The translations under genes and the position numbers were made by a program. 64,000 nt of DNA from Macrostomum hystrix (taxonomy: Eukaryota > Animalia > Platyhelminthes), in the NCBI GenBank assembly GCA_950097015.1, contig CATNEN010000039.1:16244001-16308000 (forward strand), in the 5' to 3' direction. This document shows positions 43,881 to 54,920 of the stretch, piece after piece. A model generated the notes under the pieces. That model saw only the letters and a list, made by a program, of their open reading frames with translations. It was not told the DNA's origin and ran no database searches. Each line of letters begins with the position of its first letter. Positions within the stretch are counted from its first letter, which is position 1.

Positions 43881-46354
43881 TCTAATATACTAAAAATGAA
43901 AATCTTGCTTGCTTCTTCTAATATACTAAAAATGAAAATCTTGTATGTTTGTTTGCAATCGACTAGCTCCCGAACGGCTCAACCGATTTTCAAAATTCCT
44001 TCGCCAAAAGATCACAAATGGGCCGGAATCGGTACACGTAATTTTATTAAGCTTAATTCCATTGGCAAGGGGATTAAATATTCGAAAAACTGTTTTAAAT
44101 AGGCTTTTCTAATGCATTCTTGTTTTCAGCTTGTGCACAGTGAGGCCTCCAGTGCCAATTTTAATGATTGCATCAGAGCCAGTTTTGATAACGCACGCGC
44201 GTACTGATAAGAACTCACAGGGAGGCTACCCAGAGGGTAGCGAAGGGCAGCTAGTCTTCTAATATCTTTCTTCTAATATACTAAAAATGAAAATCTTGTA
44301 TGTTTGTATGTTTGCAATCGACTAGCTCTCGAACGGCTCAACCGATTTTCACAATTCCTTCGCCAAAAGATCACAATTGGGCCGGAATCGGTACACGTAT
44401 TTTTATTAAGCTTAATTCCATTGGCAAGGGGATTAAATATTCGAAAAACAGTTTTAAATAGGCTTTTCTAATGCATTCTTGTTTTCAGCTTGTGCGCAGT
44501 GAGGCTCCAGTGCCAATTTTAATGATTGCATCAGAGCCAGTTTTGATAACGAACTGATAAGAACTCCAGTGAGGCTACCCAGAGGGTAGCGAAGGCAGCT
44601 AGTCTTAATATACTAAAAATGAAAATCTTGCTTGCTTGTATGTTTGCAATCGACTAGCTCCCGAACGGCTTAACCGATTTTCACAATTCCTTCGCCAAAA
44701 GATCACAATTGGGCCGGAATCGGTACACGTAATTTTATTAAGCTTAATTCCATTGCCAAGGGGATTAAATATTCGAAAAACAGTTTTAAATAGGCTTTTC
44801 TAATGCATTCTTGTTTTCAGCTTGTGCACAGTGAGGCTCCAGTGCCAATTTTTATGATTGCATCAGAGCCAGTTTTGATAACGAACTGATAAGAACTCAC
44901 AGGGAGGCTACCCAGAGGGTAGCGAAGGCAGCTAGTCTTATATACTAAAAATGAAAATCTTGCTTGTATGTTTGCAATCGACTAGCTCCCGAACGGCTCA
45001 ACCGATTTTCAAAATTCCTTCGCCAAAAGACCACAAATGGGCCGGAATCGGTACACGTAATTTTATTAAGCTTAATTCCATTGCCAAGGGGATTAAATAT
45101 TCGAAAAACAGTTTTAAATAGGCTTTTCTAATGCATTCTTGTTTTCAGCTTGTGCACAGTGAGGCCTCCAGTGCAAATTTTAATGATTGCATCAGAGCCA
45201 GTTTTGATAACGCACGCGCGTACTGATAAGAACTCACAGGGAGGCTACCCAGAGGGTAGCGAAGGCAGCTAGTCTAATATACTAAAAATGAAAATCTTGC
45301 TTGCTTGCTTGCTTGCTTGTCTTCTAATATACTAAAAATGAAAATCTTGCTTGCTTGCTTGCTTGCTTGTATGTTTGCAATCGACTAGCTCCCGAACGGC
45401 TCAACCGATTTTCAAAATTCCTTCGCCAAAAGATCACAAATGGGCCGGAATCGGTACACGTAATTTTATTAAGCTTAATTCCATTGCCAAGGGGATTAAA
45501 TATTCGAAAAACAGTTTTAAATAGGCTTTTCTAATGCATTCTTGTTTTCAGCTTGTGCACAGTGAGGCCTCCAGTGCCAATTTTAATGATTGCATCAGAG
45601 CCAGTTTTGATAACGCACTGATAAGAACTCCAGTGAGGCTACCCAGAGGGTAGCGAAGGGCAGCTAGTCTAATATACTAAAAATGAAAATCTTGTTTGTA
45701 TGTTTGTATGTTTGTATGTTTGCAATCGACTAGCTCCCGAACGGCTCAACCGATTTTCAAAATTCTTTCACTAAAAGATCGCAATTGGGCCGGAATCGGT
45801 ACACGTATTTTTATTAAGCTTAATTCCATTGCCAAGGGGATTAAATATTCGAAAAACAGTTTTAAATAGGCTTTTCTAATGCATTCTTGTTTTCAGCTTG
45901 TGCACAGTGAGGCTCCAGTGCCAATTTTAATGATTGCATCAGAGCCAGTTTTGATAACGAACTGATAAGAACTCACAGGGAGGCTACCCAGAGGGTAGCG
46001 AAGGCAGCTAGTAATATACTAAAAATGAAAATCTTGCTTGCTTGCTTGTATGTTTGCAATCGACTAGCTCCCGAACGGCTCAACCGATTTTCGCAATTCC
46101 TTCGCCAAAAGATCACAAATGGGCCGGAATCGGTACACGTAATTTTATTAAGCTTAATTCCATTGGCAAGGGGATTAAATATTCGAAAAACTGTTTTAAA
46201 TAGGCTTTTCTAATGCATTCTTGTTTTCAGCTTGTGCACAGTGAGGCCTCCAGTGCCAAATTTAATAATTGCATCAGAGCCAGTTTTGATAACGCACGCG
46301 CGTACTGATAAGAACTCACAGGGAGGCTACCCAGAGGGTAGCGAAGGCAGCTAG
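43881..46354 (+). mobile_element. Head-to-tail array of 7 non-autonomous Helitrons (~335-395 bp each)
   Basis: Units start TC(T)AATATACTAAAAATGAAAATC, followed by a (CTTG)/(TATGTTTG) microsatellite. They end with the hairpin CTACCC-AGA-GGGTAG and then CTAG. Unit ends at 44254, 44602, 44935, 45272, 45667, 46011, 46354. The array sits between A (43880) and T (46355) with no TSD. Confidence 0.85.
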
Positions 46355-47199
46355 TAAAATTCTAAAATTAAAAAGAACTTTTCGTACCTAAAAATTAAAA
46401 ATTGAAATTTACTATGTTTTCGCACTGCGAAAACTGCGGCAGTTTGTTATACTAATGAGTAAATATTTAAGCGCAAGGAAACAACAAACACACGCTGTGG
46501 ACTACAGTCTAGCCCTTATACTGCGCGTAAAAATGGGGGCGACTAGACTGCGGCTAGACTGCACGCCGTGCAGCCGTGCCGTAACTCCGTCTAGTAGTGT
46601 TTTTCTGTGCTTTGCAAATTTAAACGCGCTTTCTACGAAACTGCATTGAGAAACAAAACACACAATATGTTCATTACGCTGCTAGGAGCTTTCAATAGTG
46701 ATTTAATTTGTTAATATAAATTAAATTTTAGAACGACACAACTACCTGCGTTTGTCTAATCTGTGTGTGCCTTTTCTCACGAGACGCATGTAGCTAAGCC
46801 CTTCGCCCAAGGCCTATCACAATATTTTCCCTTCTTCTAATGCCCTAGTGACCTAGCCTATGCACTAGGGCTAGGCTAGGCTAAATTAACAATTCTAGCT
46901 ATTAAAATAAATTATAAAGGCTCACAGGTAACATATGCTGATAAGACCAGGCCTATAGCTAAGATAAAAATGACTGATAAGGATAAATAAGGAGAACAAG
47001 TTATAACAAGCTAGGATAACTAGCTGTAACAAGGGGCCTAGTTGTAGTCTAGAAAACAATGACATATGGCCTGTATAATGTGCTATTGTTACAATTATTC
47101 AAATTTGTTAGCTAAGACAGCTGAACCAATTTTTTGCTTTGTTATTATGCTTATCTTTTATATATATTTTCTAATAAGGGCCTCAAATATTTAACGCTT

Positions 47200-47650
47200 C
47201 CCTCTGACCTTGGCTTCCCTCCAGATCACTCAAGCTTCTCTTTGGACCCCTTCCCTCCCTCTGGACCCCTGGCTTTCCTCCTGACCCATGGCTTCCTTCG
47301 AGAATTCTGGTTTCCCTCTGGACCCCTGGCTTCCCCCTGGACCCCTGGCTTCCCCCTGAACCCCTGGCTTCCCCCTGAACCCCTGGCTTCCCTCTGGACC
47401 CAGCTGGCTTCCCCCTGAACCCCTGGCTTCCCCCTAAACCCCTGGCTTCCCTCTGGACCACTGGCTTCTGCCTGGCTCTCTGGCTTCCCCCTAAACCCCT
47501 GGCTTCCCCATGAACCCCTGGCTTCCCTCTGGACCCAGCTGGCTTCCCCTGAACCCCTGGCTTCCCTCTGGACCCCTAGCTTCTCCCTGGCTCCCTGGCT
47601 TCATTCGAGACTTCTGGCTTCCCCCTGGATCCCTGGCTTTCCTCTGGATC
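47200..47650. repeat. ~19-20-bp minisatellite (CCCCTGGCTTCCCCCTGAA)
   Basis: Tandem degenerate units. Confidence 0.88.
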
Positions 47651-50600
47651 CAATTGTGGTTTAGCCCAGCTTCCATGTGCCCTGAAAAGCTAAGGGCTAA
47701 TTGGTAATTGAAAGCAGAAGTCCGAATTATGCCGAATCGGAAATATTTTACTTCTTTCTTACAGTTTCAAACTATTTTTACCGCATAGATAACAGCTAGC
47801 GCCATGCGTTAAGGACTACCATGGTACATATGCACATGCTGTTTCCGATTACAGCGCCATGCTCTTGGAATACCACGGTACATAATGCATACTAAACATT
47901 TTTGCCGGACAGCCCTCGAAAAGTATCCAATTCGACAGCCAAAACTACAAACAAACTTACAGTAGCATTTGAGGGGGCGAGTGGGTCAGCGGCTAACGTC
48001 GCTGCCTCGTTAGACCTTGCGGGGGTGGCTGGAGGGCGGTGTACACCGCCGCGCGCTCTCTGGAATTCCGTCAGCACGATTGGATAAGTGTACACTCATC
48101 ACCCGGCCCCCCCTGAGGACTGATTTCTTATCAGCCTTCCGCCCTGGCTTGGTCTGCTCTGTGCGTATGGGGCGGGGGTGGGGGACACTGCTGCCTATTC
48201 TGGGTGCCTCCTGCCCTCCCCGGCTGGTCTGTGCTGCTGTATGTGGTGCCTGCTCAGGGGAGGCGGCGCGATGGGCGCTAAAGCGCCTAGTTCGCCGGTC
48301 TGGGCGCGTGCCGCTCCGTCGCTTGTGCGACAAGTGCCCCGGGCCCCCCTGCAGATAGTAGATAGCGAGAAAGAGCGAGCGAAGCGAGCTCTTTCGAGCT
48401 TGCTTGCCGCAGCCAATCAAGCTGAAAGCACGCACACAAGATCACCGGAAACGATTCAGGCAGCTGGAAAGCCAATGGGCGCGGTAAGCGCTTTTATCCA
48501 GAGGAACTACCTTCTGGAACCAGCCATGCCGTTCAAAAACCAGACTACTCAACTAGTGCAAAAGAGTGCGTGCAACTACCGAGAAATCTAATTTTCGTAA
48601 CCGCTCCGGTGCAGGTCCTGGCAATAGATAGTAGATAGCTCTTTCGAGCTTGCTTGCCGCAGCCAATCAAGCTGACAGCACGCACACAAGATAGATAGAT
48701 AGACAGTAGCATTTGAATTTTTGTTCCTGCACTCTCCTGCACTTACGAGCAGTTCTCTTTGTTTAATTGACAATAGTTTGTACTTGAAGCCTACATCAAT
48801 TTTGTAAGTTTTTGTCGGTGTCCAATTTAACAGCGATAGGCATTTTGCTGAAACATTTTATTCGTTTGCTAATTAAATGACTTCAAAATGTTGAATCGGA
48901 ACAAAAAGTGAATAAAAGATTTTATTACTACAATCGAAAAAAATTAGGGGCAGACACTCACAAGGTGATATACTCATACCTCAGCAGTCAAATATATGCT
49001 CATGCGTCACGCGTTTGATTCGTAATGCACATAAACTAACAGTAAAATCGGCAAGTCTGGTGGCCAAAGAAAGATGCATTACAACAGAATTTACCAGAGA
49101 CCATACCTGTATTACAATTTACACTCACCCAGCCACTCCGAGATGTTTCAATAGCTATCAAATTTCACATAGATCTCGGAGTCCAGGGGGCTGTTTCGGT
49201 ACGCACAGGCGTACCTACTACCCTGGCTCTGTCATCTGCAAAGAGATGCTCAGAGGGCTGATTTGCAAATCCGTCAATTTGCTACTGCATCTTTCTCTGG
49301 TCCACTTAAATGCAGAAAAACATTTCAACTGGTGCAGGGGTAATCGTTTATTTATCATTTATCATTTATTGCGCGACCGCGTGGAGCGAACCTGTTGCAG
49401 GTCGCGCAATGGCTGCTTCTGTGTCTCTGCAGCCAGCTGCGCCGGAAGCTGCGCCCGCAGCTGTTCTATCGCCTGCTCCATCGACGCCCGCTGCTGCTCT
49501 ATCGCCTGCTCCATCGACGCCCGCTGCTGCTCCATCGCCTGCTCCATCGACGCCCGCTGCTGCTCCATCGCCTGCTCCATCGACGCCCGCTGCTGCTCCA
49601 TCGCCTGCTCCATCGACGCCCGCAGCTGTACCAACTCTGCGTCCTTCGCCGGCCGCTGCTGCTCCAACTGATCTGCGTCCTCCTAATAGTAAAACAATAG
49701 AGGGGGCTTCGAAATAGAGGGGGCAAGCTCTGCGTGAAGCTGCGCGTTCTTCGCCACAAACTGTCGTAATGCAGTATCATTTCAGTAGTATAAGTAACGC
49801 ACACGTTATATTCAGCGTGTATAATAACTGTCTCGCGAGTAATGCAAGTCAAACTCGTGGTAGGAAGTTCCTGGTTTTTGATTATTTCAGCGGAAAAAAT
49901 CAATGCTAGTGGGAATTCATCATCACGTAGAACAGCACCCCGAGAGACAAGTGCATCACGAGCAAGAGAAACAGCTGCAGCGAAGTAATGAAATAAAACG
50001 TTTCCATGACATAGCCAGATTTCATTGATTCTTCAGAACCCTCCTCGTATTTCAAAGTGTATGCAGCGGCATCCAGCAATTTCTTGACTGCCTTCTGGGC
50101 ATTCGATGCCTCACTGAAGCAGAATCGATAGAACTCATGGAAACGCATGGAAACAGAGAATGTCGAGTCGGTTCCGAAATTAGCATTATAGCGGCAAACC
50201 GGAAAATTTTCAGGCGAATCAATTGACGCACTCGTTCATGTGCACAGGACACCGGCAAACCAATGAGGGCAGCCAGCACGTCAACTGAACCAACACCTGA
50301 TAACTGAAACCTGATGTTTCCATACAGAGCCCTGATCTCCCCATGCAACTATCAGGATGGAGTACACGCATAATATTTTCAGATAAACTGCAGTCAGACT
50401 GTTTGAATGAAACTATGCCCATTAACTCCTCAAATGTATTCGCTTCGGAAAGTGCAGACAACAACAAGCGAAGATTCCTTCTGGAGGTCGACTGGTCAGA
50501 GAGCAATATTACAATCCGACACAATTTCTCTGTCAGAATGCTAACTTGTGCTGGAGGTGGTGTACTCGGCAATGCAGATAAATCACCGACAAAACAGCTG

Positions 50601-51353
50601 CATACCGCAACTAAGCACACAGTTGTCGCCTGAACGTAGGTTGGCACATGTGGACAGGTGAGGCAGATCGATGAAACCAACAGGCCTATTGGAAAATGTG
50701 CTAAGTACTCGTCTCTAGAAGGGACACAAACTGAACAGTTTGTAGCGATGACAATTTTTGCACGAGCATTTTCATTCTGAACCATGTAAGACGTCAAATA
50801 TCTTGCAACAGAGTCTGTATCTGCAGAATGGGAAGGTAACATTGAATTGACGCGATTCTGGTCTGGTGTCAGCACCAAGAATTGCATTGCACAGCGTTGC
50901 TTTTCGCGCACGTTCTTCGAGTTCTTCAGGTGGCGTGATTGCCCGGTTCAACTCATCCAGAATCCAAAATATAATACGGTTGGTACATGTCTTCATTTCT
51001 ACGAGTCTTTCAATTACTTGCATAGGGAAGTCCATTTGTGCATGATTGAGATCGTTCAAGCCAAATAATGAAATCCGCAAACGGAAGTTCCATCACATGG
51101 AATGGTCATAGTAGTAAGGCCAAGGCAGTGAACCTTTCTGGTGACATTGTGCACGCACCGACTGTCAACTTCTCTGCCGCAGATTGAAGGCGACAACCAA
51201 GTTGTGGTAAAGGAACAGAATTATAGTCCGTGTAGATAGGCAGGAATTCTGTTACCGATGTATCTCTAACGTGATTAGGAAAAAGGGCAGGCACCGCTAT
51301 CTTTGCTTGGTAAGTAACGTCCACATTGTACCTGCTCATACAGCTGAGAATAT

Positions 51354-51610
51354 ACGTTAGAGACCTAGTTTTCCCTGAATCTGAGCTTGCCGCGCACACT
51401 ACGATTGGGATATTAGTACGCGATTTGCCTGAAACTGACAGCGACACTTCAGAAATAGTGTTCAAACTCCTTTCGAAGTATTCTTTGCTCAACCCAGGAT
51501 ATAGTGGAGACTCTAATTCCTTATGCGGATGAAATTCAGGGATGCGAAGTTGCATGAGGAAGGATTCCTGTGACCTGAAAACAGAAAGCAACCAGATATA
51601 ATGAAAATGT
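51354..51610. repeat. 257-bp direct repeat (target duplication), left copy
   Basis: ACGTTAGAGACC...ATAATGAAAATGT; appears identical to 57241-57497 by eye. Confidence 0.95.
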
Positions 51611-54600
51611 TAGTGGTGCTTCTCCACCGGGTAAGATGGAGGTTGGCGGTCCAATCATTAATCTGACGATAAATGACGGTGCTCGGAATCGGAGCCGGGG
51701 GGGAGGGGCCCGGCGCAGAGCTGGCTCCTCCCTGCTTGGCCAGGTGGTCAGCAAGCTCGTTACCAGGGAAACCGGCGTGCCCTGGTATCCACTGAAGTCT
51801 GACGGTATTCTTACCGGCCAGGTTATTGAGCTGCCGGACACAGTCGGAGACTGTCCGGGAGGTTGTGGTGGTGTGACAGAGGGCTTGCAGAGCAGCCTGA
51901 CTGTCCGAGTGAAAGATGATAGTCCTGCCTGAGATGTTTTTCTCATTCAACTCCGCAGCGCAGGAGCTGATGGCCAGGACCTCGTTCTGGAAAACGCTCG
52001 AGGATTTTCCAGTGTGTTGGGCGTGTGTGGCGACAACACGTCCGTTGATAAGGATACAGACCCCGAAGCCAGCGGAGCCATCCTTCATGGATCCGTCCGT
52101 GTAGCAGTGGACCTCCTGGGTGTTCCAGTGGTCGCTAACTTGGTCCCTGGTGGGGATGAGAACCTTAAAGCGCTGAAGGAGGTTGAGCGAGCACGGTTCA
52201 CCGTCCGTAAGGACATTGATTCCGTTGCTCGCACCCAAGTCTCTCAGGCAAAGGTCCGTGTGCGGCAGGAGCTTTCGCTTCGCTGCCGCTCGTTGGGGGA
52301 CGAAGCGCACACCGGCATCAAGGAGACGCCGGGCGGTTTTTGCCGCCTCCCCGCGGATAAAGATATCGAGCGGGAGGATGTTCAAGAAGGCGTTGAGGCC
52401 ATCGAAGGGGGCGGATGGCAGGGCGCTCATGATCGTCCGACATGCGCGACCTTGCACTCTCCGAAGAGTCTCATGGCAGGTCTTAAGCTGAAGGGCACTA
52501 GCCCAGATCAGTCCGGCGTACGAGACAGCCGGCCTGACCATAGCAGTGTAGATCCACCATAGGCGTTTGGGGGTGAGACCCCACGTGTTGCCCACCGCCC
52601 TGCGCAGCTGCGCCAGGATCGCAAAGGCCTTTTTGGCTTTGGCATGGACATGAGGAGTCCAGCTGAGCCTGTGATCGAGCGTTATGCCCAGGCATTTAGT
52701 TTGCTTCTGGAAGGTGATGTCCTTTCCATACAGCTGCAGGGGGCGAATATGCCATTTGTTTTTGCTGGTGAACATGATCGCCGCTGTCTTAGACTCGGAG
52801 AGCTTCAGACCGCAGCGAGTTGCCCATCTTTCGGCGTTGTTGATAAAGTTTTGCAGAAGGTCTCGGAGGGCCTCTGGTACCGGGCCAGATGCCACTGCCG
52901 TAACATCATCCGCATAGCCGACCTTTAGGATGGGGTCTGGCTGAGAGTCTCGTAAGAGCTCGTCGATAACCATGTTCCAGAGAACTGGTGAGAGGACGCC
53001 GCCTTGTGGGCAACCTTTGCAGACAGTGACCGTCCGCTGGTGTCCAAGAAGGTGTGCCGTAGCAGTGCGGTGGCGGACCATGTACATGATCCACCTCCTA
53101 AGATGCGAATGCGTGTGCCGCATACGTAGGGCCCTGTCAAACGCCTCGAAGAGAACGTTGTCGAAGGCCCCGTCAATATCCAGGAAGATGCTCAGGGCAA
53201 AGCCGTTCCCGAGGACGGCCTTTTCCAGAGCGTCCACCAGAGCGTGGAGAGCGCTTTCGGTGGAACGTCCCGACCGAAAGGCGTGTTGATTGCCGCTTAG
53301 TGGCATATTTTTCAGCTCCACAGAGAGGAGGCGCCAGAGCACCAATCTCTCCATCAGTTTGACCATGGTGGAGGTAAGGCTAATTGGCCGAAACGATTTA
53401 ATGGAATGGTAGTCCGGGCGGCCTGGCTTGGGGATAAAAACCACCCTCGCCTCGGTCCATGCCTTCGGAACATACCCAAGCACAATGCAAGCCTTAAGGA
53501 GCTTGCAAAGATTTGTGAGGAAGCCATGGCATTTTACCGCCTCGCGGATGAAGGCTGGTATAATGCCGTCCGGCCCCGGGGATTTGAAGGGTTTGAAAGA
53601 CTGGGCTGCCTTGGTAACCCGGTCTTCAGTAATGATGGACGTCGCAAGGATATGACCTCCCTCGGTGTGATCCGGGGGGTCTGTCCCTGCTGGCTCGCTG
53701 GGGAAAAAGGCTGTGAGCATAGTGTCGAGCGTTTCCCCAGGGTTCTCGGTGGGTCGGCCATCGGCCTTCCTCACCGTCGAAAGCTTGGACATTTTGTCCA
53801 GCGTGAGGGCTTTGACAATTCTGGAGGTGGGGCGAGTGCCCTCAAGCTCCTCACAGTATTGCCGCCACTTGCTGTTTTTGGCGTTTCTGACTTCCTTCTT
53901 GAAGCTATGGATGGCTTCGAGATACGCAGCCTGATCAGCCAGGTTTTTTGTCTTCGTGGCCCTGCGGTGCAGCCGCTTCGCCGTTCGACGGAGCTCGCCG
54001 AGCTGCGGATTCCACCATGGGGCCGAAGTTTTGCCTCTGTAAGCTTTGAGGGGGCAGGAGGCCTCGAAGGCGGTGGTCAGCGAGTTGGTGAGAAACTCAG
54101 CTAGCTCATCCGCTTCATCGCAGGTGTTGGCGGGGGGGCTTAGGTTTCGTTGGGTTCCTTCGAGGTTATGCCTGAAGGCTTCCCAATCGGTATTCCTAGC
54201 GTTCCTTTTCCAAGTGATCTGGTTAGTGCAGCGTGCACCCGCCAGTTGGAAAGAGATGTATTTGTGATCGGAGAGGGTGGTCTCCGGCAGAACCTGCCAC
54301 TCCCTAAGGCTCTGGTAAAGCCCAGGTGTGGCTAGAGTGGCGTCGATGACCTCAGACCACCGGCCATTGTCAAAGGTCGGGGTGCTCCCTGTGTTGCAGA
54401 ACTCCAGGGACGTGGTTAAGATGTAGGCAAGGAGGTCCTCGCCTCTCGAGTTAATGTCAGAGCTCCCCCAGTGGGTGTGGTGGGCGTTAATATCGCCAGC
54501 CACTATGAGCTCATAGTTTTTGGCAGCGCAGGTTTCAATCAGAGAGATCAGCTCCTCAGGGACTGCCGGCCTGTCGCCCGGTAAGTAAACCGAGGCGATT

Positions 54601-54920
54601 AAGACGGTTTTTCCTGGGAGGATGTTCTCCGTCTGGATGACACAGGTGTCCCGATCAGAAAGGTCGGGTCTGTGCCAGGCGTTGAGGGAGTCTCTCACGA
54701 GGATGCACGCCCTGGGAGTTTGGTTCTCCCAGTGACGGCTGTTGTAGAGGCAGTGATACCCATTGGGTACATTTTGAGGCTTACCTTTATGAGTCCACGG
54801 CTCCTGGACGAGGATGAGACCCGGCATGTTGAGCTCGACATAGCGCATCAGATTGACGGATGCAGCTATGCAGTGTTGCAGGTTAACCTGCAGGCAGGTG
54901 ATCCCAGTGTGGCCGATCAT
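51513..54920 (-). CDS. ORF2: apurinic-like endonuclease, reverse transcriptase and RNase H; the last ~32 codons come from flanking host DNA
   Basis: APE: QVNLQH, LVQEPW, SVYLP, GDINAHH, TPTF, IDATL, SDHKYI. RT: KSPGPDGI, FRPISLTS, QHAFRSGRST, FLDIDGAFD, PQGGVLSP, YADD. RNase H: YTDGS, NEVLAI, HSDSQAAL, WIPGHAGFPGNELAD. Confidence 0.97.
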   Translation of the reverse strand: MIGHTGITCLQVNLQHCIAASVNLMRYVELNMPGLILVQEPWTHKGKPQNVPNGYHCLYNSRHWENQTPRACILVRDSLNAWHRPDLSDRDTCVIQTENILPGKTVLIASVYLPGDRPAVPEELISLIETCAAKNYELIVAGDINAHHTHWGSSDINSRGEDLLAYILTTSLEFCNTGSTPTFDNGRWSEVIDATLATPGLYQSLREWQVLPETTLSDHKYISFQLAGARCTNQITWKRNARNTDWEAFRHNLEGTQRNLSPPANTCDEADELAEFLTNSLTTAFEASCPLKAYRGKTSAPWWNPQLGELRRTAKRLHRRATKTKNLADQAAYLEAIHSFKKEVRNAKNSKWRQYCEELEGTRPTSRIVKALTLDKMSKLSTVRKADGRPTENPGETLDTMLTAFFPSEPAGTDPPDHTEGGHILATSIITEDRVTKAAQSFKPFKSPGPDGIIPAFIREAVKCHGFLTNLCKLLKACIVLGYVPKAWTEARVVFIPKPGRPDYHSIKSFRPISLTSTMVKLMERLVLWRLLSVELKNMPLSGNQHAFRSGRSTESALHALVDALEKAVLGNGFALSIFLDIDGAFDNVLFEAFDRALRMRHTHSHLRRWIMYMVRHRTATAHLLGHQRTVTVCKGCPQGGVLSPVLWNMVIDELLRDSQPDPILKVGYADDVTAVASGPVPEALRDLLQNFINNAERWATRCGLKLSESKTAAIMFTSKNKWHIRPLQLYGKDITFQKQTKCLGITLDHRLSWTPHVHAKAKKAFAILAQLRRAVGNTWGLTPKRLWWIYTAMVRPAVSYAGLIWASALQLKTCHETLRRVQGRACRTIMSALPSAPFDGLNAFLNILPLDIFIRGEAAKTARRLLDAGVRFVPQRAAAKRKLLPHTDLCLRDLGASNGINVLTDGEPCSLNLLQRFKVLIPTRDQVSDHWNTQEVHCYTDGSMKDGSAGFGVCILINGRVVATHAQHTGKSSSVFQNEVLAISSCAAELNEKNISGRTIIFHSDSQAALQALCHTTTTSRTVSDCVRQLNNLAGKNTVRLQWIPGHAGFPGNELADHLAKQGGASSAPGPSPPAPIPSTVIYRQINDWTANLHLTRWRSTTNIFIISGCFLFSGHRNPSSCNFASLNFIRIRN

